The position numbers and the translations under genes were made by a program. This document shows positions 11,124 to 20,925 of a DNA stretch of 64,000 nt, in pieces; the first letter of the stretch is position 1, and every line of letters begins with the position of its first letter. This stretch comes from Escherichia coli (GTDB lineage Bacteria; Pseudomonadota; Gammaproteobacteria; Enterobacterales; Enterobacteriaceae). Location: NCBI RefSeq assembly GCF_036507355.1, contig NZ_AP027877.1, one strand, 5' to 3'. Under the pieces are notes generated by a model that worked only from the letters and a program-made list of their open reading frames with translations, was not told the origin of the DNA and made no database searches.

Positions 11124-11873
11124 AATCATCATTCATGTATCAGGAAGAGTTAAGGGTACAAGGGGTACTCGATGGCGGTCTATATTTCATGACTAACGCC
11201 ATTTAAAGGAAGAAGTGCGGTGGGTGGTTTCGAATGAGGGCTGGTGTTTTGGTACGTGGCACGCCACTGCAATGTATTTATCCATCAGTACTCATTCAAA
11301 AGTACCTGGAAAAAATGCCCGCTATGCCAAGCGGGCAAATTGCTTACATGTGGAATTAAGTAATTAACGATAAAGCCAGAGTATTATCATTTATTATACC
11401 CATTCATTTAATCAGGTTAATTACTCAAATCACTGAACTATTCTCTGTTCGCTCACTGATGATGAGTGAGTACCACAACCAATGTATTAGAACAATGCCG
11501 TAGAGTAAGGATGAAATGTCTCTACCACACCTTAAACATCTACTACTGACTAGAACACCCGCCGCAGGTAGATGAGTTTTGTGAGCGTTACAGGAGCGTG
11601 GCTATGCTCATTAACCAACGCTATTGAGATATAAATTTCTAACACTTGAAAAACGATTTTCACTAATAAATTATAACGGGTGTTTTTTATCATACAGCGA
11701 AATAACTTTTTGTTTATTAAATTTAACATTCTTGTGCTAATTTAATTAAAAAGTCCATGCGTAGCATGTGAAGCAGTTAATGCCAGCAATTGTCTCAAAT
11801 GAGCGATTTTTTATAGTGACAAACAATAATAACATTAAAAATAGCCATGTAGACATTAACTGAGGAATAGACA

Positions 11874-13223
11874 ATGTTAATTAATAAAAGCAACGGATTT
11901 AACGCTAGCGCAGTTTTGGGTAGTGGAAATTATAATGAAAATAAATCTTCTAAACACATGGAGCTACTAGCTCATAGTATTGTAAAATTAATTTGTAAGG
12001 AAGCTGCATCAGAGACGTATCGCGGTGCTCTTGAAACTTTACAAAAAATGATGTCTGAATGTAAATATAAAGAAGGCAACGCCTTTGTCATTATGGGTGC
12101 TGGAGGGCAATTAAAACGTATTAAATATGATGTTGATGAAAATAAATTAAAAATATTCAACATATACTTTGATAATAATTACGAGGTAGTTACTGATGGT
12201 GAGCCTGACGTAGTATGTTTAAGCAAGCAGGTCTGGGAAAATCTTCTCATTAAATTAAAACCGGAGATTAAAGAAAATGTGTTTTCTGAAAATAACAAAT
12301 TATCGAGAGAAAATAATGTTGATCAGTATGTTCAATCCGCTAAAAGAAATGAACAGGCCCTTTTCGATAATATAATAAAAAGTGATTTTCATGTTGCTTC
12401 ACTTCAGCCAGGTAGAACACGTAGTGTTATTTCAGAAACGCCGCCAAATGACTGTATGGAATCACGTAATTCATATGAAAACCAAATAGATGAGATTTCA
12501 TCTTTGTCAGAGTCAAAGGAACACCCTATAGATATTCAAGAAAAAACAGATGCGTTTGTGAATGAGTTCAAGGGGATATTATTTGATCAAAATGGAAGGT
12601 CTTCAGAGTTTCTACTTAATTTTTATGAATGTTGCTATGTGTTTTTACCAAGAGCGCAGCCTCAGGATAAAATCGAAAGCTATAATTCAGCACTGCAAGC
12701 TTTTTCCATCTTTTGTTCATCTACGTTGACACATAATAATATAGGCTTTGATTTCAAATTATTTCCAGAAGTCAAGCTGTCTGGAGAACATCTTGAAACG
12801 GTATTCAAATACAAAAATGGCGATGATGTCCGGGAGATAGCCAAAATTAACATTTCTCTCCAAAAAGAAGAGGGTGGTTTATATAATTTACGTGGATTGG
12901 ATTTTAAGGGATGCTTCTTTTCTGGACAGAACTTCAGTAACTATGATATTCAATACGTGAACTGGGGAACGTCATTGTTTGATGTTGATACTCCGTGTAT
13001 TTTTAATACGCCTGCTAACAATGAGAGTTATGAAAAATCATTAAAACCTGTAAGCGAAAACGGTTTAAATGGAGTCTTATCTGATCGTATTAAAAAAATA
13101 AAAATGATCACGGGTGTGGCACCATTCGATGATATTTTATTTATGGATGATGACTTTGATGATAACTCCCCTGAGGATGGTCCCGTTGAGAATATTCCTG
13201 TTATGAATAGTCCTCTTGTATAA
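11874..13223 (+). CDS. Hypothetical protein, 449 aa, AT-rich orphan (ypjB/ypjC-like by position)
   Basis: Intact ORF with GAGGAA RBS 6 nt upstream of ATG; Ser/Asn-rich N-terminus without signal peptide; pentapeptide-repeat-like stretch NLRGLDFKGCFFSGQNFSNYDIQYVNWGTSLFDV; acidic C-terminus. Confidence 0.65.
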   Translation: MLINKSNGFNASAVLGSGNYNENKSSKHMELLAHSIVKLICKEAASETYRGALETLQKMMSECKYKEGNAFVIMGAGGQLKRIKYDVDENKLKIFNIYFDNNYEVVTDGEPDVVCLSKQVWENLLIKLKPEIKENVFSENNKLSRENNVDQYVQSAKRNEQALFDNIIKSDFHVASLQPGRTRSVISETPPNDCMESRNSYENQIDEISSLSESKEHPIDIQEKTDAFVNEFKGILFDQNGRSSEFLLNFYECCYVFLPRAQPQDKIESYNSALQAFSIFCSSTLTHNNIGFDFKLFPEVKLSGEHLETVFKYKNGDDVREIAKINISLQKEEGGLYNLRGLDFKGCFFSGQNFSNYDIQYVNWGTSLFDVDTPCIFNTPANNESYEKSLKPVSENGLNGVLSDRIKKIKMITGVAPFDDILFMDDDFDDNSPEDGPVENIPVMNSPLV

Positions 13224-13580
13224 AGTTCTAAAAGCAGTTTTCAATGATAAATAAATGGCTATTTTTACGAAGAGATAATAACGTAGATTGAAACAATATG
13301 TATTATTGATTGAGTAAATGGGATTATTCTTCACACTACATCCATTTTAGTGTCACTACCAAAGAAAAAGGGGCTACGTTTTCATGTAACCCCTTGATTT
13401 ATTTGGTGGGCTGGCAGTGACTGAATTGGTGCTGTAATTGGTTGAAATATTTCATCTAATGTCTGGTTCAACTTTCCTTAGCTGCCTGAAAGTTTTTTGA
13501 TCTCACCCAGTAATAACAGCGTTACGGTGCACCACGCCTGACTGAAGAACTGCGTGCTCAGGGTTACCACTTCAACGTAA

Positions 13581-13820
13581 AACCGTGGCAGGAGGTCCGG
13601 ACTGAAAAAACTGCTCAGGACATCATCGGCAGGGAACGCACTGCTAGTCTGTAAACTGAACCGACTGGGGCGCAGTATGTGGCATCTTGTCGTGCTGTTG
13701 GAGGAGCTGTGCGAACGTGGTATTAACTTTCGTGCTCTGGCCCAATCTATATTTGCCCAACAATGGGGGGACGAATGCTGTAAAAGTAAAACAATCTGCG
13801 ATCTCAAAGTTATTGTGTGA
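13581..13820 (+). pseudogene. Internal fragment of a resolvase/invertase-type serine recombinase (pinH-like remnant)
   Basis: Open frame ...[36 protein letters not shown]... matches the conserved serine-recombinase catalytic-domain core; N-terminal Ser region and C-terminal HTH absent. Confidence 0.5.
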
Positions 13821-14158
13821 TTTTTATGTGAGCAGAAGATATTCATCAGAAACGATTATGTAAATCATTTTATTTTGCCAACGGCCTCATTGTCGAAAGA
13901 AAAGAATACGCCCGTGTTTCCTGAATAGATTGACTTTTTTATCTAACCACACTTCAGCGCACTGCGTTTAAAAAATGCCTCATTCTTATGCGGAATATCA
14001 TCATTTCATCATGATGTCTTTGATGAGCGGTGAACACAATACACTTGCGCTGTCTCTTCAGGATGAATCCCCTGGTCTGGTGCCTGTGGGCTGATGTTGC
14101 AGCAAAGCTAAGGTCGCTTAAACGCTACTCAGTATTCACTTTTCAGAGGATGAAATTT

Positions 14159-15653
14159 ATGAACAGGACCAGTCCCTATTATTTTCGCCGCTCAGTACTT
14201 TCCTTATTGATATCTACCTTAATATATGCCCAGCCCGGGATGGCGGCCTTCACTACTAATGTTATTGGTGTGGTAAACGATGAGACTGTAGATGGCAACC
14301 AACGAGTAGATGAACGAGGTACAACAAATAACACTCATATTATCAACCATGGCCGGCAGGAGGTCTATGGTGGGATATCTAATAGTAGTATTATTGAAAC
14401 TGGTGGCGAGCAACTAGTATCAATCCATGCCGATATTAACGGGCAAGCTAATAATACAACCATTAATGGAGGCAGACAGTCAATTGAGTACGGAGGAATT
14501 TCTACTAGCACGATAATCGAAAGTGGCAATCAATATGTTCATAAAGGTGGTACCAGCAATGACACGACAATTAAGGGCGGTACTTCACGCATAGAGGGGG
14601 GGACTGCAAATGGAACAATCATTGATGGTGGTAGCCAACAAGTAACAACTCAGGGGCATGTTGACGGTACAACGATAAATAAGTCTGGCTCTCAGGACGT
14701 AGTACAAGGAAGTCTGGCAACGAACACAACCATAAATGGTGGTCGACAGTATGTTGAACAGAGCACAGTAGAAACAACAACCATTAAAAATGGCGGTGAG
14801 CAAAGAGTATATGAGAGCCGTGCGCTGGACACGACGATTGAAGGCGGAACTCAGTCTCTGAATAGTAAGTCAACGGCAAAAAATACACAGATCTATTCTG
14901 GTGGCACGCAAATTGTTGATAACACCAGCTCCTCGGATGTTATTGAAGTTTATTCCGGTGGCGTGCTTGATGTTAGTGGTGGTACGGCAACAAATGTTAC
15001 CCAGCACGATGGTGCAATTTTAAAAACTAACACTAACGGTACGACGGTGAGCGGTACGAATAGTGAAGGTGCATTCTCCATCCACAATCACGTGGCAGAC
15101 AATGTGTTGCTGGAAAACGGTGGTCATTTAGACATAAACGCATATGGTTCGGCAAACAAGACGATTATTAAAGATAAAGGAACAATGTCAGTTTTAACCA
15201 ATGCTAAAGCTGATGCGACCCGAATAGATAATGGCGGGGTTATGGATGTTGCAGGAAACGCGACAAATACCATAATTAATGGTGGCACACAGAATATTAA
15301 TAATTATGGCATAGCCACAGGCACCAATATCAACAGCGGAACGCAAAATATCAAAAGCGGCGGGAAAGCTGACACAACAATTATATCCTCCGGGAGCCGG
15401 CAGGTTGTTGAGAAAGATGGTACGGCAATTGGCAGCAATATTAGCGCCGGAGGCTCGCTGATTGTCTATACCGGCGGTATTGCACATGGGGTTAACCAGG
15501 AGACGGGCAGTGCTTTAGTTGCCAACACGGGTGCAGGGACTGATATCGAAGGATACAACAAGCTCTCTCACTTCACTATTACCGGAGGGGAGGCTAATTA
15601 TGTTGTGCTGGAAAACGCTGGCTCATTAACAGTCGTCACTGGTTCCCGGGCAG
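14159..15653 (+). pseudogene. 5' portion of an AIDA-I/Ag43-type autotransporter adhesin (ypjA-like); signal peptide plus repetitive passenger, truncated by IS1
   Basis: GAGGA RBS, start MNRTSPYYFRRSVLSLLISTLIYAQPGMA (signal peptide); ~19-aa repeats of the type NGGxQxVxxGGxAxxTTI; frame runs into IS1 at 15654 with no beta-barrel domain. Confidence 0.75.
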
Positions 15654-15708
15654 GGTGATGCTGCCAACTTACTGATTTAGTGTATGATGGTGTTTTTGAG
15701 GTGCTCCA

Positions 15709-15984
15709 GTGGCTTCTGTTTCTATCAGCTGTCCCTCCTGTTCAGCTACTGACGGGGTGGTGCGTAACGGCAAAAGCACCGCCGGACATCAGCGCTATCT
15801 CTGCTCTCACTGCCGTAAAACATGGCAACTGCAGTTCACTTACACCGCTTCTCAACCCGGTACGCACCAGAAAATCATTGATATGGCCATGAATGGCGTT
15901 GGATGCCGGGCAACAGCCCGCATTATGGGCGTTGGCCTCAACACGATTTTACGTCACTTAAAAAACTCAGGCCGCAGTCGGTAA
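15709..15984 (+). CDS. insA: IS1 InsA
   Basis: Protein identical to the InsA at 8363-8638. Confidence 0.95.
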
Positions 15985-16406
15985 CCTCGCGCATACAGCC
16001 GGGCAGTGACGTCATCGTCTGCGCGGAAATGGACGAACAGTGGGGCTATGTCGGGGCTAAATCGCGCCAGCGCTGGCTGTTTTACGCGTATGACAGGCTC
16101 CGGAAGACGGTTGTTGCGCACGTATTCGGTGAACGCACGATGGCGACGCTGGGGCGTCTTATGAGCCTGCTGTCACCCTTTGACGTGGTGATATGGATGA
16201 CGGATGGCTGGCCGCTGTATGAATCCCGCCTGAAGGGAAAGCTGCACGTAATCAGCAAGCGATATACGCAGCGAATTGAGCGGCATAACCTGAATCTGAG
16301 GCAGCACCTGGCACGGCTGGGACGGAAGTCGCTGTCGTTCTCAAAATCGGTGGAGCTGCATGACAAAGTCATCGGGCATTATCTGAACATAAAACACTAT
16401 CAATAA
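15903..16406 (+). CDS. insB: IS1 InsB reading frame
   Basis: Protein identical to the InsB at 8557-9060. Confidence 0.93.
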
Positions 16407-16421
16407 GTTGGAGTCATTACC

Positions 16422-17239
16422 GAGGTTTTGTTATATATGTTGTTTCCAATATATTTTTCATTTGTCAAAATTTGATGTATTTTTGCACGAGTCCATAATG
16501 TTCCATTTTCTGCAGGTATGTTCTGTTCATTTAATCTCTCAGCAATAATGAATTCTGGGACGTTATTATCTATAAAGAGATCATATATTCTATTTACAAT
16601 TTTTATTTCATTTTTTGGTCCCGGAATTAATATTACCCTATCTGTTTGAATACTCTTTCTTTTGCGGAAACTCAATATTTCTTTAGCTATGCCATTTTCG
16701 TCTACTAAAAGACGTCTCAGCCCATAACCAGCCATACCGCCTTGATGATAACCAAGCTTTATTAAATTTACTTGCCCTATAAATACCTTTTCAGATAGAT
16801 TCCTGCTGTGATATGCAGCACTAGATCTTTTTATATTCAGTATAACAGAGGACTCTAAAGGGAAATCTTTAGTGGGTATAGGTTCGGAACAATATATAAG
16901 ATCTACACCATTTCTCTCAAATAGAAAGGAATAATATGCCGCTTCATCACTATTTTGAAAACGACCAAAACGGCTCACATCATAAAATAATACAGCCTGT
17001 ATATCTATTTTCTTTTGTTCTACATCGCTAAGTAACTGCTGCAAAGAATGCCTGCCTACGATACTGACTCCGCTCTTACCTGCATCATCGTAGGTATAAG
17101 CGATTTCCATATTGTTCTTTTCAGCATAATCTTTGATATATTCGGACTGATTATGTAAAGAATATTGCTGATGGTCGGTAGACATCCTCAAGTACTGCGC
17201 GACCCTAACTCTATGATTTTTTTCATTTTCGCTAGCCAT
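16422..17239 (-). pseudogene. Large serine recombinase, N-terminal ~270 aa; 3' end removed at the IS1 junction
   Basis: MASENEKNHRVRVAQYLRMSTDHQQYSLHNQSEYIKDYAEKNNMEIAYTYDDAGKSG... (catalytic Ser motif), ...LWTRAKIHQILTNEKYIGNNIYNK recombinase domain; ORF continues a few codons into IS1; AT-rich. Confidence 0.7.
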
Positions 17240-17521
17240 GCACGAAACCTCATGGATGATTCAATACAATGTAGTGGATAAAATTGATCAAATTTTAACC
17301 GAATTCAACTGTTTTATCATTGATTAGAGCGAATTTGGTAGATCTTCGAGGTGTATGATAATCGAGAAGAGATGTGAATTATTTAGCTGATATGACCGAC
17401 AGCTTTCGTTATGTGGACTCAATGTCCCCATTTGTAAATGGCTATGCTTAGTCCACATAGGTTAATGGTGTGATTATTAATTCTTTAACTAAATCAAGAT
17501 AGTTAATCCATCATGGGAGAG

Positions 17522-18751
17522 TTATGCGGCAATAACTTTGCATTTTTGAGACGAAACATAGTCACTCCACCATTGCATGAGAACCACCCGTTCAGTGAGA
17601 TACTCTGCACGATTGTAGGCTGCAATTATTTCATCTTTCTTCGAGTGGGCAAGGGCGGCTTCTAAGACATCAGTCCTAAACTTGCCAGACTCCTCAGCAG
17701 CCGTTCTAGCAATGGATCGCATACCGTGAGCTACAAGCTCACCTCCGAAACCCATACGGATTATGGCCGCATTAGCTGTTTGTTCATGCATGTGATTGAG
17801 TGGAGCTTTGATACTGGGGAACACCCACTCTCTATGCCCGCTGATGACTTTCATTAAATCCAAAACTCGCAAAGCTTCTTTGCTCAGTGGAACTTTGTGA
17901 GGCTTCTTCATTTTCATAAACTCCGCCGGGATGTTCCACATGCCAGTTTCAATATCAATATCTGACCATCTTGTGCGAACAGCTTCACCTGGGCGAACCC
18001 ATGTGAGAAGTTGCCACTCAATCAGTAGCCTTGTTTCCAAACGGATAGAAGCATTGTTTAGAGCAACCAAGAAGCGAGGGAGTTCGGAAGGGGGTAATGC
18101 TGGCATATTCTGTTTTTTTGGCTTGCTGAACCGTTGCCCCAGGTTGTCTGCCGGGTTGAATTCTATGAGTTCTTCTGTTGCTGCATAGCGGAAAATTTCA
18201 TTCAGGCGGGATATGATGCGGCGAAGTGTTTCAAGGACACCTCGTTTTTCTATGGGTTCTAAATGCTGTTTAAGCATTTTAGGGCGAATCTCCTTAATTG
18301 GGGTATCACCCAATGTGGAAAAGATATTTCTCTCTAGGCTTCGCCAGATGTCGTTAGCATGATCTTGGGAGATGCCTGACGTTTTGACTTTCTCATCAAG
18401 CCACTTCTTGGCTACTGCTTGAAATGTATGTTCCGTGGCATCTTTCAGTGCATTGGCTTTTTGGTTGTTATGAACTTGGGGGTCTATACCATTTGTAAGC
18501 AACGACAAGTATTCATCACGTAAAGCTCGTGCCTTCGCAAGTGTAAGGTGAGGATAGGTTCCTAAGCTCACCTTAGTTCGCTTTTTGGTCACAGGCACTG
18601 CATATCTGAAATACCAATTTTTCTTCCCTCCCTTCGCCAGGGGAGCGATTCGCAACAGCAAACCATCGCCGTCAAAAAGGTTAACCTCTTTTTCGGCAGG
18701 TTTGGTGCTTTTGATTTCAGTGTCAGTGAGCTTCTTAGCGATTTTGGCCAT
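17522..18751 (-). CDS. P4-type tyrosine integrase (phage/island integrase), ~409 aa
   Basis: ORF 17522-18832; start placed at ATG 18749-18751 (MAKIAKKLTDTEIKSTKP...) with GAGGG RBS; N-terminal arm-binding-like region and C-terminal catalytic region (...HGMRSIARTAAEESG...); adjacent to ssrA 3' end. Confidence 0.85.
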   Translation of the reverse strand: MAKIAKKLTDTEIKSTKPAEKEVNLFDGDGLLLRIAPLAKGGKKNWYFRYAVPVTKKRTKVSLGTYPHLTLAKARALRDEYLSLLTNGIDPQVHNNQKANALKDATEHTFQAVAKKWLDEKVKTSGISQDHANDIWRSLERNIFSTLGDTPIKEIRPKMLKQHLEPIEKRGVLETLRRIISRLNEIFRYAATEELIEFNPADNLGQRFSKPKKQNMPALPPSELPRFLVALNNASIRLETRLLIEWQLLTWVRPGEAVRTRWSDIDIETGMWNIPAEFMKMKKPHKVPLSKEALRVLDLMKVISGHREWVFPSIKAPLNHMHEQTANAAIIRMGFGGELVAHGMRSIARTAAEESGKFRTDVLEAALAHSKKDEIIAAYNRAEYLTERVVLMQWWSDYVSSQKCKVIAA

Positions 18752-18850
18752 GTTTGGGACCCTCGATTTTAGGACCCATCTTCGTGGGTCCCATTCAGGG
18801 TGCCATAACTCGTAGTTCTCAGCAATTCTCACTAGACTACAATAGACGTA

Positions 18851-18882
18851 AAAAAGCCCGCAGAGCTTGTGCTGTGCGGGCT
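18851..18882 (-). terminator. Rho-independent terminator downstream of ssrA
   Basis: Minus strand reads gcccgcacagc-loop-gctctgcgggc followed by TTTTT. Confidence 0.7.
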
Positions 18883-18917
18883 TAGTAGACTTTACTGAAC
18901 TTCAGTACATCAATATT

Positions 18918-19280
18918 TGGTGGAGCTGGCGGGAGTTGAACCCGCGTCCGAAATTCCTACATCCTCGGTACTACATGCTTAGTCAGTCTTTACATTCGCT
19001 TGCCAGCTGCGGACGGACACGCCACTAACAAACTAGCCTGATTAAGTTTTAACGCTTCAACCCCAGGCAGGGCTTCCACGCGATCTCTTTTGGGTTTGAC
19101 CTCTCTTGATCCCCGTCCTAAGAGCGGAGGCTAGGGAGAGAGGGCTCTAAGCAGGTTATTAAGCTGCTAAAGCGTAGTTTTCGTCGTTTGCGACTATTTT
19201 TTGCGGCTTTTTACGAGGCCAACCGCCCCTCGGCATGCACCTTGGGTTTCGCAAATCCCGTCGAATCCAGAATCAGCCCC
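18918..19280 (-). ncRNA. ssrA: tmRNA (SsrA), 363 nt
   Basis: Reverse complement begins GGGGCTGATTCTGGATTCGACGGGATTTGCG and ends ...GTTCAACTCCCGCCAGCTCCACCA; tag-peptide reading frame region present. Confidence 0.97.
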
Positions 19281-19494
19281 AATGTGTAAAGGTAAGTATA
19301 CCAGATTTATGAGCGCCATGACCAGCCTCAATGGCGTTATCGTTAAAGATTTAGCACCCATGTAGCCTGATTTTTATTCGATTAAGCAATGGAATGGCAA
19401 CATTTGTGTCGGATGTGATAACCAATAAGATGTTCATTCGCGCCGCCGGAGAGGGAGGCGCGGTGAGGAACTGGTCAATAATTGGAGTGCAGGT

Positions 19495-19977
19495 TTAACG
19501 GTGGGCGTTTTTCATGATACGCGCTTTATCCACCTGCCATTCGCGCTCTTTGATATCTGAACGTTTATCGTGCTGTTTCTTACCTTTGGCGACGCCGATT
19601 TTCACTTTGCACCAGGCATTTTTCCAGTACAGGGAGAGCGCCACTACGGTATAGCCTTCTCGATTGACGCGACCGTACAATGAGTCCAGTTCGCGCTGGT
19701 TGAGAAGTAACTTGCGGGTACGGGTAGGATCGCACACCACATGCGTGGAGGCCACGGCCATTGGCGTGATGTTAGCGCCAAACAGAAATGCCTCTCCGTC
19801 ACGCAGAAGGACGTAGCTGTCGCTGATATTGGCTTTTCCTGCGCGCAGGGATTTAACTTCCCAGCCTTGCAGGGCAAGTCCCGCTTCGAACTCTTCTTCG
19901 ATAAAGTATTCGTGACGGGCGCGCTTGTTAAGCGCGATGGTCGCTGAACCAGGTTTATGTGCTTTTTTCTTCGTCAT
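19495..19977 (-). CDS. smpB: SsrA-binding protein SmpB, 160 aa
   Basis: [48 protein letters not shown]... Confidence 0.95.
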
Positions 19978-20108
19978 AAGCGTCGTGAATCATCGGTAAT
20001 CTGAAATCGAAAACACCCCATATCAATCCTGCGGGGGACAAGGCTCTATCTTAGCATGAACCCGATGTTACCCAGCGCCGGGATAGCGTTTTTTTTACAG
20101 CAGGATAA

Positions 20109-20585
20109 ATGATATTATTTGTTGGATTTTTGTTGATGGAAATTGTTATGCCTCAGATTAGCCGGACCGCACTGGTACCCTACAGCGCGGAGCAAATGTA
20201 TCAGTTAGTGAATGACGTTCAGTCTTATCCTCAGTTTTTGCCGGGTTGTACCGGAAGTCGGATTCTGGAGTCCACTCCTGGGCAGATGACTGCGGCGGTA
20301 GATGTCTCTAAGGCTGGGATCAGCAAAACGTTTACTACCCGCAACCAGTTGACCAGTAACCAAAGTATTCTTATGAATCTGGTGGATGGGCCGTTCAAGA
20401 AATTGATCGGTGGATGGAAGTTTACGCCGCTGAGCCAGGAGGCGTGTCGTATCGAGTTTCATCTCGACTTTGAGTTTACCAATAAGTTGATTGAACTCGC
20501 CTTTGGCCGCGTGTTTAAAGAGCTGGCGGCTAATATGGTCCAGGCTTTTACGGTTCGTGCGAAAGAGGTTTACAGTGCCAGGTAA
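20109..20585 (+). CDS. ratA: Ribosome-association toxin RatA (SRPBCC/PasT family)
   Basis: ...[34 protein letters not shown]...; exact start uncertain (ATG 20109 or internal ATG). Confidence 0.85.
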   Translation: MILFVGFLLMEIVMPQISRTALVPYSAEQMYQLVNDVQSYPQFLPGCTGSRILESTPGQMTAAVDVSKAGISKTFTTRNQLTSNQSILMNLVDGPFKKLIGGWKFTPLSQEACRIEFHLDFEFTNKLIELAFGRVFKELAANMVQAFTVRAKEVYSAR

Positions 20586-20865
20586 AATTGCCGTTGAGGT
20601 GGCTTATGCGCTACCTGAGAAGCAGTACCTGCAGCGCGTGACGCTGCAGGAGGGCGCGACGGTTGAAGAAGCTATTCGCGCCAGTGGTTTGCTGGAATTG
20701 CGGACCGATATCGATTTAACTAAAAACAAAGTCGGCATTTACAGCCGTCCGGCAAAACTAAGCGATAGTGTGCATGATGGCGATCGGGTGGAGATTTATC
20801 GCCCTCTCATTGCCGATCCGAAAGAGCTTCGCAGGCAACGAGCAGAAAAATCAGCGAATAAATAA
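20575..20865 (+). CDS. ratB: RatB (RnfH-family small protein), 96 aa, GTG start overlapping ratA stop
   Basis: GTG 20575; (M)[47 protein letters not shown]... Confidence 0.8.
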
Positions 20866-20874
20866 CGGACAGAA

Positions 20875-20902
20875 AAAGGTGCTCATTGAGCACCTTTTTT
20901 AA
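20875..20902. terminator. Bidirectional rho-independent terminator between ratB and bamE
   Basis: aaaaaggtgctc-attg-agcacctttttt: perfect stem with A-run and T-run. Confidence 0.8.
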
Positions 20903-20925
20903 CGTCTTTGAGAGCAACTTTACTA

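Larger units (their letters stand above)
15654..16421 (+). mobile_element. IS1 insertion sequence (768 bp), copy 2, same orientation as copy 1, no flanking target duplication
   Basis: Same terminal repeats as copy 1; flanks cccgggcag / gaggttttg do not match. Confidence 0.95.

Noticed and set aside
13478-13846. 122-aa minus-strand ORF
   Set aside because: Antisense to the serine-recombinase fragment, which has recognisable motifs on the plus strand; treated as a shadow ORF.
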